Assembly (NCBI GenBank): GCA_963846575.1
Contig: CAWJWJ010000001.1
Location: 1,088,001 to 1,152,000, forward strand
DNA from: an uncultured Nitrospiraceae bacterium
GTDB lineage: Bacteria > Nitrospirota > Nitrospiria > Nitrospirales > Nitrospiraceae
DNA: 64,000 nt
Direction: 5' to 3'
The notes under the pieces were generated by a model. It worked only from the letters and a program-made list of their open reading frames with translations. It ran no database searches and was not told the DNA's origin. The stretch's first letter is position 1. Each line of letters opens with the position of its first letter. Shown in pieces: positions 10,385 through 19,572 of this stretch. A program made the translations under genes and the position numbers.

Positions 10385-10493
10385 GGTGCGACTCCTTCTG
10401 AAGGAGATGGGGCGGACACGCGAAGCGTCTCTTTTGTGTTCTCAGAACACCAGGGCCGCGTGGTCCCGCTGCCCATCGGAGTTGTGTGTGTGC

Positions 10494-10619
10494 TCAGGTG
10501 CCTCTGTGAGAAGCGTGGATGTCGGTTGGCCGTGCGGCGCTCCCTTTTCGAGCCGCGATAAATAGAAGCGCCAGCATTGCACTCATTCCAATTAATAGGC
10601 CGCCCATGACTAGTTCCAT
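10494..10619 (-). CDS. 41-aa single-TM micro-protein
   Basis: AAGGAG RBS, then MELVMGGLLIGMSAMLALLFIAARKGSAARPTDIHASHRGT. It lies directly downstream of a sigma-54 promoter. Confidence 0.6.
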   Translation of the reverse strand: MELVMGGLLIGMSAMLALLFIAARKGSAARPTDIHASHRGT

Positions 10620-10680
10620 CTCAGCTCCTTTCGCTCGTGTGAGCAGTGCCGGCGTCTGCACGTATGATACGTTCGACACC

Positions 10681-10696
10681 AGCAACTGCCGTGCCA
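10681..10696 (-). promoter_or_regulatory. Sigma-54 promoter
   Basis: TGGCAC-GGCAG-TTGCT is a perfect consensus match. Confidence 0.8.
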
Positions 10697-10812
10697 TTCC
10701 CTTCGCACTCACAACCTGCGCCATATGTGTAAAGATTCTGAGCAGTTCGAGTCGCGGTGAAATGGCAAGGAGGTCGATTCCAGTGCAATGGGAGGCGATC
10801 GTCTCGAATAAC

Positions 10813-10852
10813 TGTATCGGATCAGATGCTAGGGTGTATCTGATTCGATAGC
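10813..10852. promoter_or_regulatory. Paired enhancer (UAS) sites, 22-bp period
   Basis: TGTATCGGATCAGATGCT-AGGG-TGTATCTGATTCGATAGC. Confidence 0.7.
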
Positions 10853-10916
10853 ATCAGGCAGCTGTGCGGCGGGCGAGGAATGATCAGGACTTGTCCCGGC
10901 GACCGGTAACGGCCCG

Positions 10917-11648
10917 TTACCCCGGCAGGTCAACGCCGGTCTGGTTGAGCAGGTGATCAAGCATCCGGCGCAACGTCTGCTGATCGTCCCCCTGTTCGAT
11001 CAGTTCGAGCAGGCAGGAAACGGCGTCATACCACAGGCCCGAATCGGAATAGCGGAAGATCGATTCCCTGTTGCACGCGGTCCATGTGCAAGGCATGTCG
11101 AGTGTGCAGGCTTCATCGAAAGAAAGTCGCTCGATCACCCCGCCAGCAACCACGTCTCGTGACGGCCGATCCGGATCCACGACCAAGGTCACAAACCACC
11201 GATAGGCTTCCTGCTCCTTGAACTCTACCCCATAGTCCCGGGGCCTGGTGCAGTGGATCCCAGGGCCCACAGGAGCAGGTATCGATTGCTCAAGAATGGG
11301 ACGAAGGCCGCGGGCATCCACCACCGTGACCGTAATAGGCCGGGAGGAACGCGTGGAGAGATACCAACAGAGGGCCGGATCGTTCTTGACCGTGTAGGCG
11401 ACATGATCCGGAACCAGGGCGATGAGCTGGGGCGTGTCCGTCTCGGTGCCTCTGCTCGCTCCGCCTATCCGCGCTCGCGGCCCTGGGTCCTTCCTGGGTT
11501 TATACAGAGGCACGCGCGGATCAGGCGGAGGCGCCACTTCCGCGGCATGACCGGAGGACATGGTCAGAGGAAGCCAGACTGAGCCATGCCATGACATCAG
11601 GGACGTGACAGTCACCACAATCACGAAAGAGAATCTGACGTAGTTCAT
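10917..11648 (-). CDS. DUF928 domain exported protein
   Basis: N-terminal hydrophobic segment, YKP...RARIGGASRG, ALVPDH, YRWFV and GLWYDAV motifs. Start placed at MNYVRF. Confidence 0.8.
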   Translation of the reverse strand: MNYVRFSFVIVVTVTSLMSWHGSVWLPLTMSSGHAAEVAPPPDPRVPLYKPRKDPGPRARIGGASRGTETDTPQLIALVPDHVAYTVKNDPALCWYLSTRSSRPITVTVVDARGLRPILEQSIPAPVGPGIHCTRPRDYGVEFKEQEAYRWFVTLVVDPDRPSRDVVAGGVIERLSFDEACTLDMPCTWTACNRESIFRYSDSGLWYDAVSCLLELIEQGDDQQTLRRMLDHLLNQTGVDLPG

Positions 11649-11688
11649 ATTGCCCTCGCTCAGGGCTCCACTCGCCCTGCGTATCCCA

Positions 11689-12420
11689 TCAGTGCCGGCG
11701 GGCATGCGTTTGAGCCAGGTCCCATTCTGCCACTTCGTGCAGACCGACTTGCTTCAGGAGCGCCGCACGCTGTTTGTGCAACGTCGCATCCGCCGGATCA
11801 GACTCGATCAGCTCGCTTAGACAGGCCATCGCATCGTACCAAAAGCCTTTGTCCGCACTCACCATCACCGCCTCTTTGGTACAGGTGGTCATGGCGCCCA
11901 GTACCAGGCACTCGCTGAATTCACAGCGTTCGATCATCCCTCCCGTCACGATATCCCGTGACGGAGAGTCGGCGTCTTTAATCACCGAAATATACCAGCG
12001 GTATTGCACGTTTTCCTGCAACGGAAAGCCCAGGTCCTCGAGTTTGACGGCATAGACACCGGCCTGCTTGGGAGGGGTGATGACCTGCTCCACCAGTGCA
12101 CGGATCGACCGCTCATCGATCAAGGTGAATCTGATCGGTAATGCCGTGGACTTGGAAAGGAACCAATTGAGCGCCGGACGTTGCTTGGCGGTATAACCAA
12201 CGTGATCAGGAACAAGCGCGGCGATCGCGGGATCTTCTCCGTCGCTGCCCCGTAGGTTCCCCGCGATCCTGGCCCTGGGCGTGGGCTGCTGCGGCGCATG
12301 GTAGGTCGGCATCGTGGGCTCGACCTCCGTCACCGTTTCGCCGGCGCCCATGAGCAGGATGGCGGCGAGTGCCGTGGCGCTCATCCTGAGGGTCATGCTG
12401 AATCGGGGCCAGGTCGCCAT
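11689..12420 (-). CDS. DUF928 domain exported protein
   Basis: Signal peptide, RARIAGNLRG, ALVPDH, YRWYIS, GFWYDAM and RAALLKQVGL. AGAGGT RBS before MATWPR. Confidence 0.82.
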   Translation of the reverse strand: MATWPRFSMTLRMSATALAAILLMGAGETVTEVEPTMPTYHAPQQPTPRARIAGNLRGSDGEDPAIAALVPDHVGYTAKQRPALNWFLSKSTALPIRFTLIDERSIRALVEQVITPPKQAGVYAVKLEDLGFPLQENVQYRWYISVIKDADSPSRDIVTGGMIERCEFSECLVLGAMTTCTKEAVMVSADKGFWYDAMACLSELIESDPADATLHKQRAALLKQVGLHEVAEWDLAQTHARRH

Positions 12421-12443
12421 GGTGCCACCTCTTGTCATGGGCA

Positions 12444-14786
12444 TTACAGCCAATTGTTCAGCAACAAAAATGCCGACCAATAGGCCGGGTGTTCATAGAG
12501 CCCGTCCGACATGAGTTTCAGCTGTGCAAGTTGCAAAGCACGTGCCTTCGATATCGAGGTGTCATGGAGTTGGCGGTAAAATTCCGAGACGAGTTCGGAA
12601 GACGCTTCGTCATTGATGTACCAGAGCGTGGCGAGCGCACTTCTGGCTCCCGCCTTTACGGCAATACCTGCAAGCCCGAGTGCCGCCCGATCATCCCCGA
12701 TGCCTGTCTGACAGGCGCTCAGCGTGAGCAGCTCCAGCGGATCCTGACGGAAGCGAAACAGTCCCACCAGCCGCTCCAACTGGGTCATGGTCAGCCGATC
12801 GTCGAACGTCAGGAGAAAGGACTGATTGACATCCTTGGTGAACTGGCCATGGGTCGCGATATGAAGGATGCTGTAGTGGCCATCCTTCAACTCATCCTCC
12901 AACCGGGAGGTGACGAAGTTCTTGTCGAGCAGCTGTGCGCCCTTGAATAGGGATTGCAGGTGGTCCATCTCCTCGGCGACATGGGGCAGGGGAGGGAAGC
13001 CTTGCACCCCTTTCGTTAAGCCGCTGGAAAGAAGCTGGGCTCTGGTTCGATCGATCGGTTGAGGGTCCGTTAAGTCGAGTCCGGGGGTCATCGCGACGGC
13101 GTATCGGGCGATCAGAAACTGGGTGCCGTCGTGGAGGGCCGACATGGGAATGGTGCGTAGCGGTCCGTCGGGAACAAAGATCAGCGTGTCCACCTTGAGC
13201 CTGCGCAGATCCGTTTCCAGCGGCCGTAGTAACCAGTCATACAGCTGTTGGGCATGGGGCAGGTATTCGCGGGTGGTTCGCTTCTCAATGGTGCGCCGGA
13301 AGTTGCGTATCTCAGCTGTCAGCGTCGCTGCCGTGACGGGGATAGTCTGCCGCTTGAGCCCCTCGAGGGAACTCACGAGAAGTTCGGTGCGATCGTTAAA
13401 AATGATCGGGTAGATGACGGCCGTCGATGGGGACACCGTATCCAGTTTCGTGATGCGCGCCTGCATCTGGTCGACGCAATCATCCCTGAAGTAGTCGCGC
13501 AGCTCGGCGGCCTTGTAGGCTTCGATGGCGTCGCGTGCGGCTTTCAAGTAAGGTTCGGCCTGCGGGTCATCCCCCATCAGGGCCGCTCGTTGCAGGAGCA
13601 GGTCCGCCGATTCAAAGTACAATGAGCGTATCGAGGGTTGCCCGGGTTCCAGCGAGGTTTGCCAGGCGGATGTGACTTCAGTTCGAATCGGCTTCAACGT
13701 CAGGGCAGCTTCCTGATAGGCCGACAGGGCGTCATCGAGCTTGCCCTGCCGCATCAGCAACCGGCCACTTTGCCACTGCCACCGATACAGCGACTCAGGT
13801 GCGCGGGCGGACTGGGCGGCGAAGACGGCCCGTCGCGTCAGTTGTTGGGCTTCATCGAAGCGGCGCTCATCTTCATAGAGATGGCCGAGATGCCCGTAGG
13901 CATACGAGGCCAGGCGCGCATCGCCGCGGTCCTCCGCCATCGCGGCCGCCTCTTGCAGCATCTTCGCAGCCTCGCGCAATGCGTGATCATGAGCGTCCGG
14001 CTGGAACGCCGCGAGGTCCCGATACCCCAGTGCCAGGCTGATGAGGCCATCGGCCTTGTCGTAGGAAGGCGAAGCGGCCGAGAGGATTGTGCCGCCCTCT
14101 CTCAGGGCCGCGGCGGCTTCGTCAAATCGTTGCAACTGCACCGCCACCCGCGCCGTGTTGACCTGAGCGCGAACGCCGAGCATGCTGAGATCTTCTTCCT
14201 TCGCGCGTGTTGCACTTTCCTGAAATGCGGTCAGCGCCTCCGGGAGGAGGCCCTGCAAGGCCCGGACGATTCCAAGATCATTGTGGATTGCGGCCGACAG
14301 GGCCGTGAAGCGCTCGGTCTGTGCGATCTCGCCTGCTTGGGAGAGATATTCGGAGGCGGTGTCATACTGACGGCTCGTCACATAGGTTTTCCCCAGTTCA
14401 GAGAGGGTCACCGTCAGCCATTTGGGGTCACCGGCTGTGCGCGCCAATTGCAAGGCCAGTTCCTGTTGGAGGAAAGCCTGGTTGAGGTGACCCAGCGAGC
14501 GGGCTGCATGGGCGGCATAGGAGAGCGCCTGTATATGGTTTTTTACCTGGCCGGCCCGGTCGTAGAGTTCCGCGGCGGCTTTCCAGGCCACGAGGGCGTC
14601 CTCCAATTGTCCTTGTTGAGCTGCCGAAACGCCCTGTCGCATGAGTTCATCGGCGGAAGGCCCGGAGTTTTGCGCCACTGCCATCGAAGCTGAGAGCAGG
14701 AAGATGACGTAGAGACCGAGGAAGATGGCAACGGAAAGCGGCGTCTTCGAGATGCCCGGACACTGTGTCTGGCGGTAGCGGTTCAT
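12444..14786 (-). CDS. Exported TPR-CHAT (caspase/separase-like, clan CD) protease
   Basis: Signal peptide, TPR helices, and CHAT motifs FVPDGPLRTIP, LHIATHG (His), LTLSACQTG (Cys), ATLW and HPAYWSAF. Confidence 0.92.
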   Translation of the reverse strand: MNRYRQTQCPGISKTPLSVAIFLGLYVIFLLSASMAVAQNSGPSADELMRQGVSAAQQGQLEDALVAWKAAAELYDRAGQVKNHIQALSYAAHAARSLGHLNQAFLQQELALQLARTAGDPKWLTVTLSELGKTYVTSRQYDTASEYLSQAGEIAQTERFTALSAAIHNDLGIVRALQGLLPEALTAFQESATRAKEEDLSMLGVRAQVNTARVAVQLQRFDEAAAALREGGTILSAASPSYDKADGLISLALGYRDLAAFQPDAHDHALREAAKMLQEAAAMAEDRGDARLASYAYGHLGHLYEDERRFDEAQQLTRRAVFAAQSARAPESLYRWQWQSGRLLMRQGKLDDALSAYQEAALTLKPIRTEVTSAWQTSLEPGQPSIRSLYFESADLLLQRAALMGDDPQAEPYLKAARDAIEAYKAAELRDYFRDDCVDQMQARITKLDTVSPSTAVIYPIIFNDRTELLVSSLEGLKRQTIPVTAATLTAEIRNFRRTIEKRTTREYLPHAQQLYDWLLRPLETDLRRLKVDTLIFVPDGPLRTIPMSALHDGTQFLIARYAVAMTPGLDLTDPQPIDRTRAQLLSSGLTKGVQGFPPLPHVAEEMDHLQSLFKGAQLLDKNFVTSRLEDELKDGHYSILHIATHGQFTKDVNQSFLLTFDDRLTMTQLERLVGLFRFRQDPLELLTLSACQTGIGDDRAALGLAGIAVKAGARSALATLWYINDEASSELVSEFYRQLHDTSISKARALQLAQLKLMSDGLYEHPAYWSAFLLLNNWL

Positions 14787-16559
14787 TTAGAGTACCTGCA
14801 CGACGAGTTGGAGGTGAATGCCGTGATCCTGCAAGTTGTCCTCCCCGCCACGGACATGATTGAGTTGCTGCCCCCAGTAGACTTCGAACCGGGCTCGGTC
14901 CTGGGGGAGGATCATCCAGCGCAAACCGACACCGACGCTTGCCAGGGTGCGGAGATCGGGCGTCTCACCCTTGGCGCTCCAAGCATGCCCGAAATCGACG
15001 AACTGGGCAAACTGCACCCGGTCTTCACCCGACGGAAATCGCAGCAAGGGAAAACGTGATTCGAAGGAGGCCAACACCGCATCGTCACGAACAAGCGTGT
15101 TCTCACGATATCCGCGCACGCTGAACCGTCCGCCTACGGGCATCTGCTCGAGTGGAAAGAGCCGGTCGCTGGCCAGCTGCGCCGCCACGCGTCCCAAAAA
15201 CTGGACTCCCCACCAATCCTCCACGCGCTTCACGGCCTGCGCCTGACCCAACCAGGAGACAAACCGCCCGTCCGGCAAAGGTCCGCTGTTGATCGTGGCT
15301 CCCAATACATTCACTCCAACGCTCACTCGCGACAGAGCCGCGAATACGAACGAGGGAGAACGATGCGTATATTCCTGACTGAATCGGATCGCGCTGACGG
15401 TGGCGACTCCGGTCGTGGACGAACCGGGGATAAACAGCGAGGGGAGGCCCGGCACGTCAAACGCCGACGTCGTCTTGAGGTACAGATGCTCGCCGGTGAC
15501 AGCCACCGCCAACTCGTCGGTCACGGTACGGTACAGAGGCTGGCGTAGGGAGATCCCGATGATTTCGGAATCCACGTTCAGGTCCAGGGACCGGAAGGGG
15601 TTCTCCACCACCAGAAACGCATTGCGCCGGTAATAGGCGGTCAGCGTAGTCTCATAGGCGTTGAGCGGCAGGCTGTACGACGTATCGATGATGGGATTGA
15701 CGCCGCGCGACCGTCCGTAGGTAAACATGAACTGGTCACCGTTCCCCGTCACATTCTGATGCGCGACCGTCACCAGCCCACGCTCAGCACCTACGACCGG
15801 CGTTTGATAGTTGTTGAAATCCAACCAGGCCCTAAAAGGGTTCGCATCTTTTACGCGCACGTTCAACACGCTTTCGCCCCGTACATCTCCGGGCTTCAGC
15901 TCGGCGTTGATACGTTCGATGCGCGGATCCTGCTGGAGCAGTTGGATTCGTTCTTGAAGCGGGTGGATACTGAGGGGAGTCGAAATGCCGCGCTCGACCC
16001 GGTCGCGCAAATAGGAGCCTCGGAACCAGTCGTTGCCTTCCACGTCGATGCGCGAGAGCCTGCCTTCAATGATCTGGATGACGATGGTCCCGAAGGACAG
16101 GTCTTGATCGGGGATGATGGCGCCGGAGGTCAGATACCCTTTATTCACATACAGGAGAGTCAGGGCGAGGCGAACCCGCTCCAGATCTTCAGATGTGAGT
16201 TCACGATTGCGATAGGGCGCGGTCACCTCAGCCAGTTCAGCATCTGAAAAGACGGTGCTGCCGGTCACGTGGATGTCATGCACAAACACGCGGATGTTTC
16301 CCAACCGGCGGTCGGATGGTGTTTGAGGGGCGGTCGGCACCTGTGGAAGTATTGAGCCCGGCGGTTCCGTCGGCGGCGCCTTGAATTCTTCTCTCAATGG
16401 AGCCGGCGGTTTCCCCGATCGGCCGGTCGGGTCGAAAATCGGCGGGAGCGGGGGAGCGACCTGAGCCCTGGCCGGCGCTTCGGTGAGACAGAGACTCATT
16501 AAAAGACTGGTGAAAAGCCCCGTACACAGTGAACGGCTCTTAAGAATGTTTCTCGCCAA
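14787..16559 (-). CDS. TpsB (ShlB/FhaC/HecB family) two-partner secretion translocator
   Basis: POTRA domains (YVNKGYLTS, IIEGRL), GGRFSVRGY motif, C-terminal barrel. Confidence 0.92.
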   Translation of the reverse strand: MARNILKSRSLCTGLFTSLLMSLCLTEAPARAQVAPPLPPIFDPTGRSGKPPAPLREEFKAPPTEPPGSILPQVPTAPQTPSDRRLGNIRVFVHDIHVTGSTVFSDAELAEVTAPYRNRELTSEDLERVRLALTLLYVNKGYLTSGAIIPDQDLSFGTIVIQIIEGRLSRIDVEGNDWFRGSYLRDRVERGISTPLSIHPLQERIQLLQQDPRIERINAELKPGDVRGESVLNVRVKDANPFRAWLDFNNYQTPVVGAERGLVTVAHQNVTGNGDQFMFTYGRSRGVNPIIDTSYSLPLNAYETTLTAYYRRNAFLVVENPFRSLDLNVDSEIIGISLRQPLYRTVTDELAVAVTGEHLYLKTTSAFDVPGLPSLFIPGSSTTGVATVSAIRFSQEYTHRSPSFVFAALSRVSVGVNVLGATINSGPLPDGRFVSWLGQAQAVKRVEDWWGVQFLGRVAAQLASDRLFPLEQMPVGGRFSVRGYRENTLVRDDAVLASFESRFPLLRFPSGEDRVQFAQFVDFGHAWSAKGETPDLRTLASVGVGLRWMILPQDRARFEVYWGQQLNHVRGGEDNLQDHGIHLQLVVQVL

Positions 16560-16597
16560 TTCGGAAACCCCCTACTCCGGCCTGCCGCCTCAACCCG

Positions 16598-19534
16598 TCA
16601 TGACCGACAACCTGCCGTTCGATTCACGAAGTTGTGTGGAGGCCGCGGAGCCGTTCGCTCAGGCTCCGGTCCTATAAAGACATGCCGCTGGTGCGCAACA
16701 CCAACTGAATCCCAGGCGACCGCCTGACCCTCAGGGGTGGCGGTTCTTTCAGCCACATGCACCGGCGGGCTCAGGAGCCATCCTCCCGGTTCAGCGGGCA
16801 GGGCGTCCCGCCCCGCGACCACGAGGCTGCTGAAGTGACCCTGGGCCTGCGCGGCACAACGCTGTTGCATGAGGTGTTGGATTTGGAGCGGACGTTGCGG
16901 CAGCGTGGCGAGGGTGCCGCTCAAATTGGACAATGGAGACTGGATGTCGACCGTGCCGCTCAATCCGAACTGCGAGGAAGCGTTGACGATGCTGGTCTGG
17001 TCAGCGAGAAACGTCCCCGCGATGATGTTGATGTTGCCGCCTTGGCCCTGCACGGCTTGGGCGAGCACCTGGCTGTTCTGAAGCGTGACGACTGCCGGAT
17101 CGAGGAGAATATTGCCTCCGGAGGTAGTCGGGCCACCCTGGACCGACGTGCTGAGTTGGCTGTTTACCAATCTAATGGAATCCGTGGCTTGAATGACAAT
17201 GTTGCCTCCGCTGGCGTGAGTGGCCTCCGTGAGGATGGATGCGTTTCGACTGAGGAAATGCCCGCCCGCATCAATGGCAATATTCCCGGCGTTGCCCGCT
17301 CCCGTGCTCCCGGCCGACACCATGGACCCATCACTCAATGAGACGGACTGTCCCGCAGTGAGAGCAATGCTGCCTCCAGGGCCTGTCCCGGAGCTGGTGC
17401 TGGAGATCCGTGCCGACTGATCGGCCTGGAAACCGGCGGCCGTGAGAACGATGTTTCCAGCCGGCGCTGCGCCCGCCGTGTCAGTCTTCAGGACACTGTT
17501 GGTCAGTTGCATGGTATCGGCAGTCATCATGATGGTGGCGGGAGTCGTCGATGCAGTGCCCCGGCCCACGGCTGTCGTAAACTCTATATTATTGAGCGCG
17601 ATCAGCGTCGCCGCATCGGTGATCTCAGGCCCGGTGCCCGAGACCGTTAATGTGCCGGCCTGCCAGGCCGGGCTTGAGCTATTGATAGACGAGGGACGTT
17701 GGCCATTGATGAGCGTGCCATCGGCTTTGACGTTGGCTCGCAGTTGGTTGACGTTGAAGGCGATGCTTCCTGCCGGTGCCGTAACATCTCCGAAGGTATT
17801 GGCGAAAAACACGGTTCGACCGCTGAGGCTCACCGTATCGGCCGTGATCAGAATGACTCCGGGGGGCGTGGCCGGGGTTCCACCATCCACTCCCGAGCTG
17901 AGTTGTGCATTGTAGAGGGCGACCGACTCGGCGGCATCCGTGGACTCAGGACCGAGACCGGAAATCATCAATCGCCCAGCCGGGCCGGCTGTGCGGCCCA
18001 CGTCGTTGGTCGTATTGATGAATACCCGCCTGGCGCCGGCGATCGGCGTCTCATCCGGGTGGACGTTCACCCGCATGGTGTTGACGTGGAGTGCGATATC
18101 TCCGGCCGGGGCGGCCCCGATCGTTGTGGCCACAATGGTCGCGCCGCCCGCACCGGTTTCATCCGGCAGCACCCGATTGGTGAAGAGGAGCGAATCTGCC
18201 GTAATCGTGATGCGAGAGGGCACGGTCTGCGCTGTCCCTCCAAAAATCCTGTTACTGATGGAGATGTCCTCGAGCACGACATTCGCGGCCGCCGTCCCGG
18301 GTCCGCCCACGCCGTGAAGCGTGATTCTGCCTGCCGCACCCCCGGAGGCCTCAGTGCTTCTACTATCGCTGGCAATCAGATTCCCGTTCAGGGTGCCGTC
18401 ATCGATTGGGGGATTCAAGAGGACGCGATTGACTCCTGCTTTGGTGGTCAAGGTATCTACACTGAAGGTGATGTCGCCAGCCGGAGACGATCCGCGTGTA
18501 TCGGCTGTAATGAGCGTGCCATTGTTCAACGCAACCGTCTCCGCTGTGACTGAAATACCCGGCGAACCGGTCGCGCCAACCGGACCTGCTCCCTGACCGT
18601 CCATCGTTATCGCTTTAAGGGACGCGTCGTCCATCGTGAGCCGGCCGCCACGAAGGACGATTCGTCCGGCCCTGTCGCCACTCGTGTCAATGCTCGCCTT
18701 TTGAGCAAGCGAAACCTGGCCATACGAGGTCAACCTGTTCGGCATGGGGTGCGTAGAAGGAGGCCCCGCTTCGCTCGTCACCACCTCGCCCGCCGACGCG
18801 ACTCCGACCAGATTGATCTGCCCGCCGGGGGCCGCGAGGCGAGCGGACTGCGTGGCGCCATCCGCGAGCGTTTCGCCGGCCAGCGTGAGATCCCCGCCCA
18901 CCACTGAAAGGGTCTGACCCTCTGAGACCGCCAGTTGACCGCCCTGTACCGTGATCGCCCCCGGATTGGATCCGAGGAACCCGAAGGCCGCGACGGGCGC
19001 AGCGGAGATGGCGGCATCGGCCGGTCCGGGGAGCGCATTGAATCGCGCGCCGTCCGTCAACCGCAGATAATCCGCCGTGGTGAAGCTCACTGATCCGCCA
19101 ACATTCAAGGCGGCGTTCGGACCGAAGACGATGCCGGCTGGGTTCATCAAAAACAGATTGGCGCTGCCAAAGCCGGTGGTTTGGATGGTTCCGAAGATGT
19201 TGGAAGGGTTGCCGCCGGTGACGCGCCCGAGAATGTTGGAGGTGGGGAAAGCCGTTTCGTTGAGAAAGTTCGCAACATTGTCCGTGGGCAGGCCGAACTC
19301 GCCAAAGCTGTGAAAGAGATTCGGTCCGCTGCCGGGCCTGGTGCCGCCGGTGATGTCGAACTGGTTCCCCGATTTCGTCACGGTCGTGCTGAGTCCAGAG
19401 GAGGTGATGGTCGGAGATGCCTGGGCGTCGGCGAAGGTCGTCAGGCCAGGCTGGATCAAGAAGGACGCCAGCAGCGCTGCCGCGAGCGAGGGGCGGTACT
19501 CATGATCGGGACCGTTCAGACGAGTGAGAAGCAT
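16598..19534 (-). CDS. TpsA / filamentous-haemagglutinin-family exoprotein, copy 1
   Basis: TPS domain (NLFHSFGEF, NILGRVTGG, NLFLMNPAGIVFG), beta-helix repeats, conserved Cys-containing C-terminus. Confidence 0.9.
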   Translation of the reverse strand: MLLTRLNGPDHEYRPSLAAALLASFLIQPGLTTFADAQASPTITSSGLSTTVTKSGNQFDITGGTRPGSGPNLFHSFGEFGLPTDNVANFLNETAFPTSNILGRVTGGNPSNIFGTIQTTGFGSANLFLMNPAGIVFGPNAALNVGGSVSFTTADYLRLTDGARFNALPGPADAAISAAPVAAFGFLGSNPGAITVQGGQLAVSEGQTLSVVGGDLTLAGETLADGATQSARLAAPGGQINLVGVASAGEVVTSEAGPPSTHPMPNRLTSYGQVSLAQKASIDTSGDRAGRIVLRGGRLTMDDASLKAITMDGQGAGPVGATGSPGISVTAETVALNNGTLITADTRGSSPAGDITFSVDTLTTKAGVNRVLLNPPIDDGTLNGNLIASDSRSTEASGGAAGRITLHGVGGPGTAAANVVLEDISISNRIFGGTAQTVPSRITITADSLLFTNRVLPDETGAGGATIVATTIGAAPAGDIALHVNTMRVNVHPDETPIAGARRVFINTTNDVGRTAGPAGRLMISGLGPESTDAAESVALYNAQLSSGVDGGTPATPPGVILITADTVSLSGRTVFFANTFGDVTAPAGSIAFNVNQLRANVKADGTLINGQRPSSINSSSPAWQAGTLTVSGTGPEITDAATLIALNNIEFTTAVGRGTASTTPATIMMTADTMQLTNSVLKTDTAGAAPAGNIVLTAAGFQADQSARISSTSSGTGPGGSIALTAGQSVSLSDGSMVSAGSTGAGNAGNIAIDAGGHFLSRNASILTEATHASGGNIVIQATDSIRLVNSQLSTSVQGGPTTSGGNILLDPAVVTLQNSQVLAQAVQGQGGNINIIAGTFLADQTSIVNASSQFGLSGTVDIQSPLSNLSGTLATLPQRPLQIQHLMQQRCAAQAQGHFSSLVVAGRDALPAEPGGWLLSPPVHVAERTATPEGQAVAWDSVGVAHQRHVFIGPEPERTAPRPPHNFVNRTAGCRS

Positions 19535-19572
19535 AGAAGCCCTTCCTCTACCGCACGTCTACCTCGCCGCTA

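Noticed and set aside
10098..10852. GTATC...GATAC repeats as a CRISPR array or IS ends
   Set aside because: The repeats are short and degenerate, with no spacers, cas genes or transposase. Their positions fit enhancer sites.
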